From assembly GCF_004010195.1 (NCBI RefSeq), contig NC_057751.1:7578446-7642445 (forward strand): a stretch of DNA of 64,000 nt. Direction: 5' to 3'. Of this stretch, positions 61,886 to 64,000 are shown piece by piece; the stretch's first letter is position 1, and every line of letters begins with the position of its first letter. This DNA is from Chiloscyllium plagiosum. Taxonomy: Eukaryota. The notes beneath the pieces were generated by a model that worked only from the letters and a program-made list of their open reading frames with translations, had not been told where the DNA came from and ran no database searches. The translations under genes and the position numbers were made by a program.

Positions 61886-62225
61886 AGAGGCGATGGTGCA
61901 GTGGTATTATTGCTGGACTATTCATCTAGAGAACCAAACAATGCCCTGGGGACATGTGTTCAAATCCTGCCCCAGCAGATGGTGAAATTTGAAATCAATT
62001 TAAAAAAGTAATTTGGAATTAAGAGTCTAATGATGGCTGCGAATCCATTGTCAGGAAAAAAAAAACCACTTATGGAGAAAATTTGCAATCCTTACCTGTT
62101 CTGGCCGACATGTGACTCCAGACTTACAGTAATGTGGTTGACTCTTAACTATTGTATGGGTAATTAGGATTGGGCAATGAATGCTGGCCGAGCCAGCGAT
62201 GTCCTCATACCATGCATGAATGATG
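61886..62225 (+). mobile_element. SINE family B, full length
   Basis: TGGTGCAGTGG A box, GTTCAAATCC B box, CATGTGACTCCAGAC core, LINE-like tail. Confidence 0.85.
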
Positions 62226-64000
62226 GAATAAAGATTTGCAGTTGGAGACTCTGTGGGTCTGCCTTCAGTGCTCTCCTGCAGATATGCAAACCAAGGTGCA
62301 ACTTGACAGCTCACCTCTGAATTCTACAAGCTTTGCGTTTCCTCTTCTCTCCAACGTTATGCACATGGTGAAGTAACCTGCTCTGATATCTCCCGCTGTG
62401 GCTCGTTGTCACGCTTTTGTGAAGCCCCTCGGTGCCTTTTATTATTTCGAAAGGTGCAACGCGAACAACATTTGTTGCCGCATTCATCTCCTGAGTTGTC
62501 CAGCAGAACCCATGGGATCAGCTGCAGCAGCTCCTAATACCTCAGGTAAAACTTGCCACTTGATTATCCACGTTCCAGGAGGAACATGTGCCTGTCCTCT
62601 TGGCACCTGTTTGACTTATGTTATGATTAAGGCTTGCCTTTAGCAGCATCAGTCCACACAGAAAGGACAAATAGCTCAGCCACGACTCCTGCCTGAAGCC
62701 TTTCTTATTTCCACTGCAGAACCTTGCAGTACAAAAGTAGGCCATTCAGCCCATCAAACCTGTGAAAGACTTTCAACCCCCACTTGCAAATTTGTTCTCT
62801 TCAAATACAAACCTTTACAAATATCCTTAGGAAACTGTTTTAGGCAGCTCTTGACCTTGTGCATTCCAGTTCTTCCACAGTCCTCCAAGTGAATAGTTAC
62901 CTCTTCCATCAGGCTTGAGGTGAGACCCACATACAGGTGTGACGCACATACAGATACTATGCAAATCTGACATTCAGAACGCTGTCCTCAGCAAAGCGAA
63001 AGAACATTTCCACCTGATTTTCAACTGAACAGAGCCTAACTGGACAGCCCTGCCCTGACGCACTTCCCTTGCAAATGCTTTGACTGATCAGCATCTGCCT
63101 GTCCGCCAGTCAGCCCCCACATCACCTCACGCAATATCATATGTTCCCTTTCAGATTTGGAATTCTTGTGATTCTGTCCTGATGACTGCTGGACAAAAAG
63201 CTTCAACGTTGTAGATGAAATGGGACGTCATGGTCAAGTTTCCCTCCAGTACCTCTCTCAGTTTCTCTCACCAACAGCACCATCCAGTTGCCCAGTGTTT
63301 AATTGTGTTTGGTATCCAGAGTGTCAGTGTGTGATCATACAAGCCTGAGCAAGATCACCTCCAAAGAAAAACTGAATGGGGACAAGCTGCTGTAAGCAGC
63401 AGACAGCAATAATTTTAAAACAACAATCTTATGCCACACGTAGAGAATCTGGAATGCATAGCCTCCACATACCCCGAAGGAATAGAAAACAACCATTATT
63501 TTATTGGCTTGAATTCTGTTTCCTCTGCTTGGTAACCAAAGCTTGTCCAGTTAAGACTCTGATTTTTAGGGTTACATCTCTGTCTGACATCACTATGTCT
63601 CCATGAACCAACTCCACTCTAAGGAGACCAATGGAATCTGAAAAGAGCCACAGAGCACGATGGCTGCAGTCACCACAGACACCATAGCTCATAGCCTTGC
63701 CACAGCCCAGGAGGAGGTCACTCAGCCCATTGGTGGACTGCCATCACAAATCTCTGTTTCATATCCTAGGATGCATTTTCCCTCCTCCAGTCCGACTTCA
63801 AACATCCCACCCAGCCAACACACCCCTTTACTCAATTGCAAACTTCCTTGCTATCATTTGTAGGAAGAGGTGGATCAACAACAAAGACTTGTCCAGAACC
63901 AGGGGTCACAATCTGAGGATTTGGTGTTGACCATTTAGGTTGGAAATGAGGAGACTTTTTTTCATATAGAATCGCTACAGTGTGGAAACAGGCTCTTCGG

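Overview
Eukaryotic, repeat-dense, non-coding DNA from a cartilaginous fish. The HE1/V-SINE, DeuSINE and HER1/CR1-type repeats point to a shark, plausibly a carpet shark (inference). I cannot support any host protein-coding exon, tRNA, rRNA or CRISPR array. Every recognisable ORF is a decayed retroelement: many CR1 LINE fragments (often nested), one 5'-intact but 3'-truncated L1 (ORF1 + ORF2), a Tx1-type L1 3' end, L2 fragments, three SINE families, solo-LTR-like elements and a dispersed ~68-bp minisatellite. There is a 716-nt N gap. The most interesting signal is a set of short Penelope-like (GIY-YIG) insertions. Several carry a minimal hammerhead-ribozyme motif (CTGATGA-stem-GAAACGTC), some have inverted arms, and five or six are flanked by ~15-17-bp target-site duplications. 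AT/TAAT-rich repeat-free islands between the repeats are candidate enhancers. Most element boundaries are approximate; TSD coordinates were read base by base. Family names come from motif recognition, not database searches.
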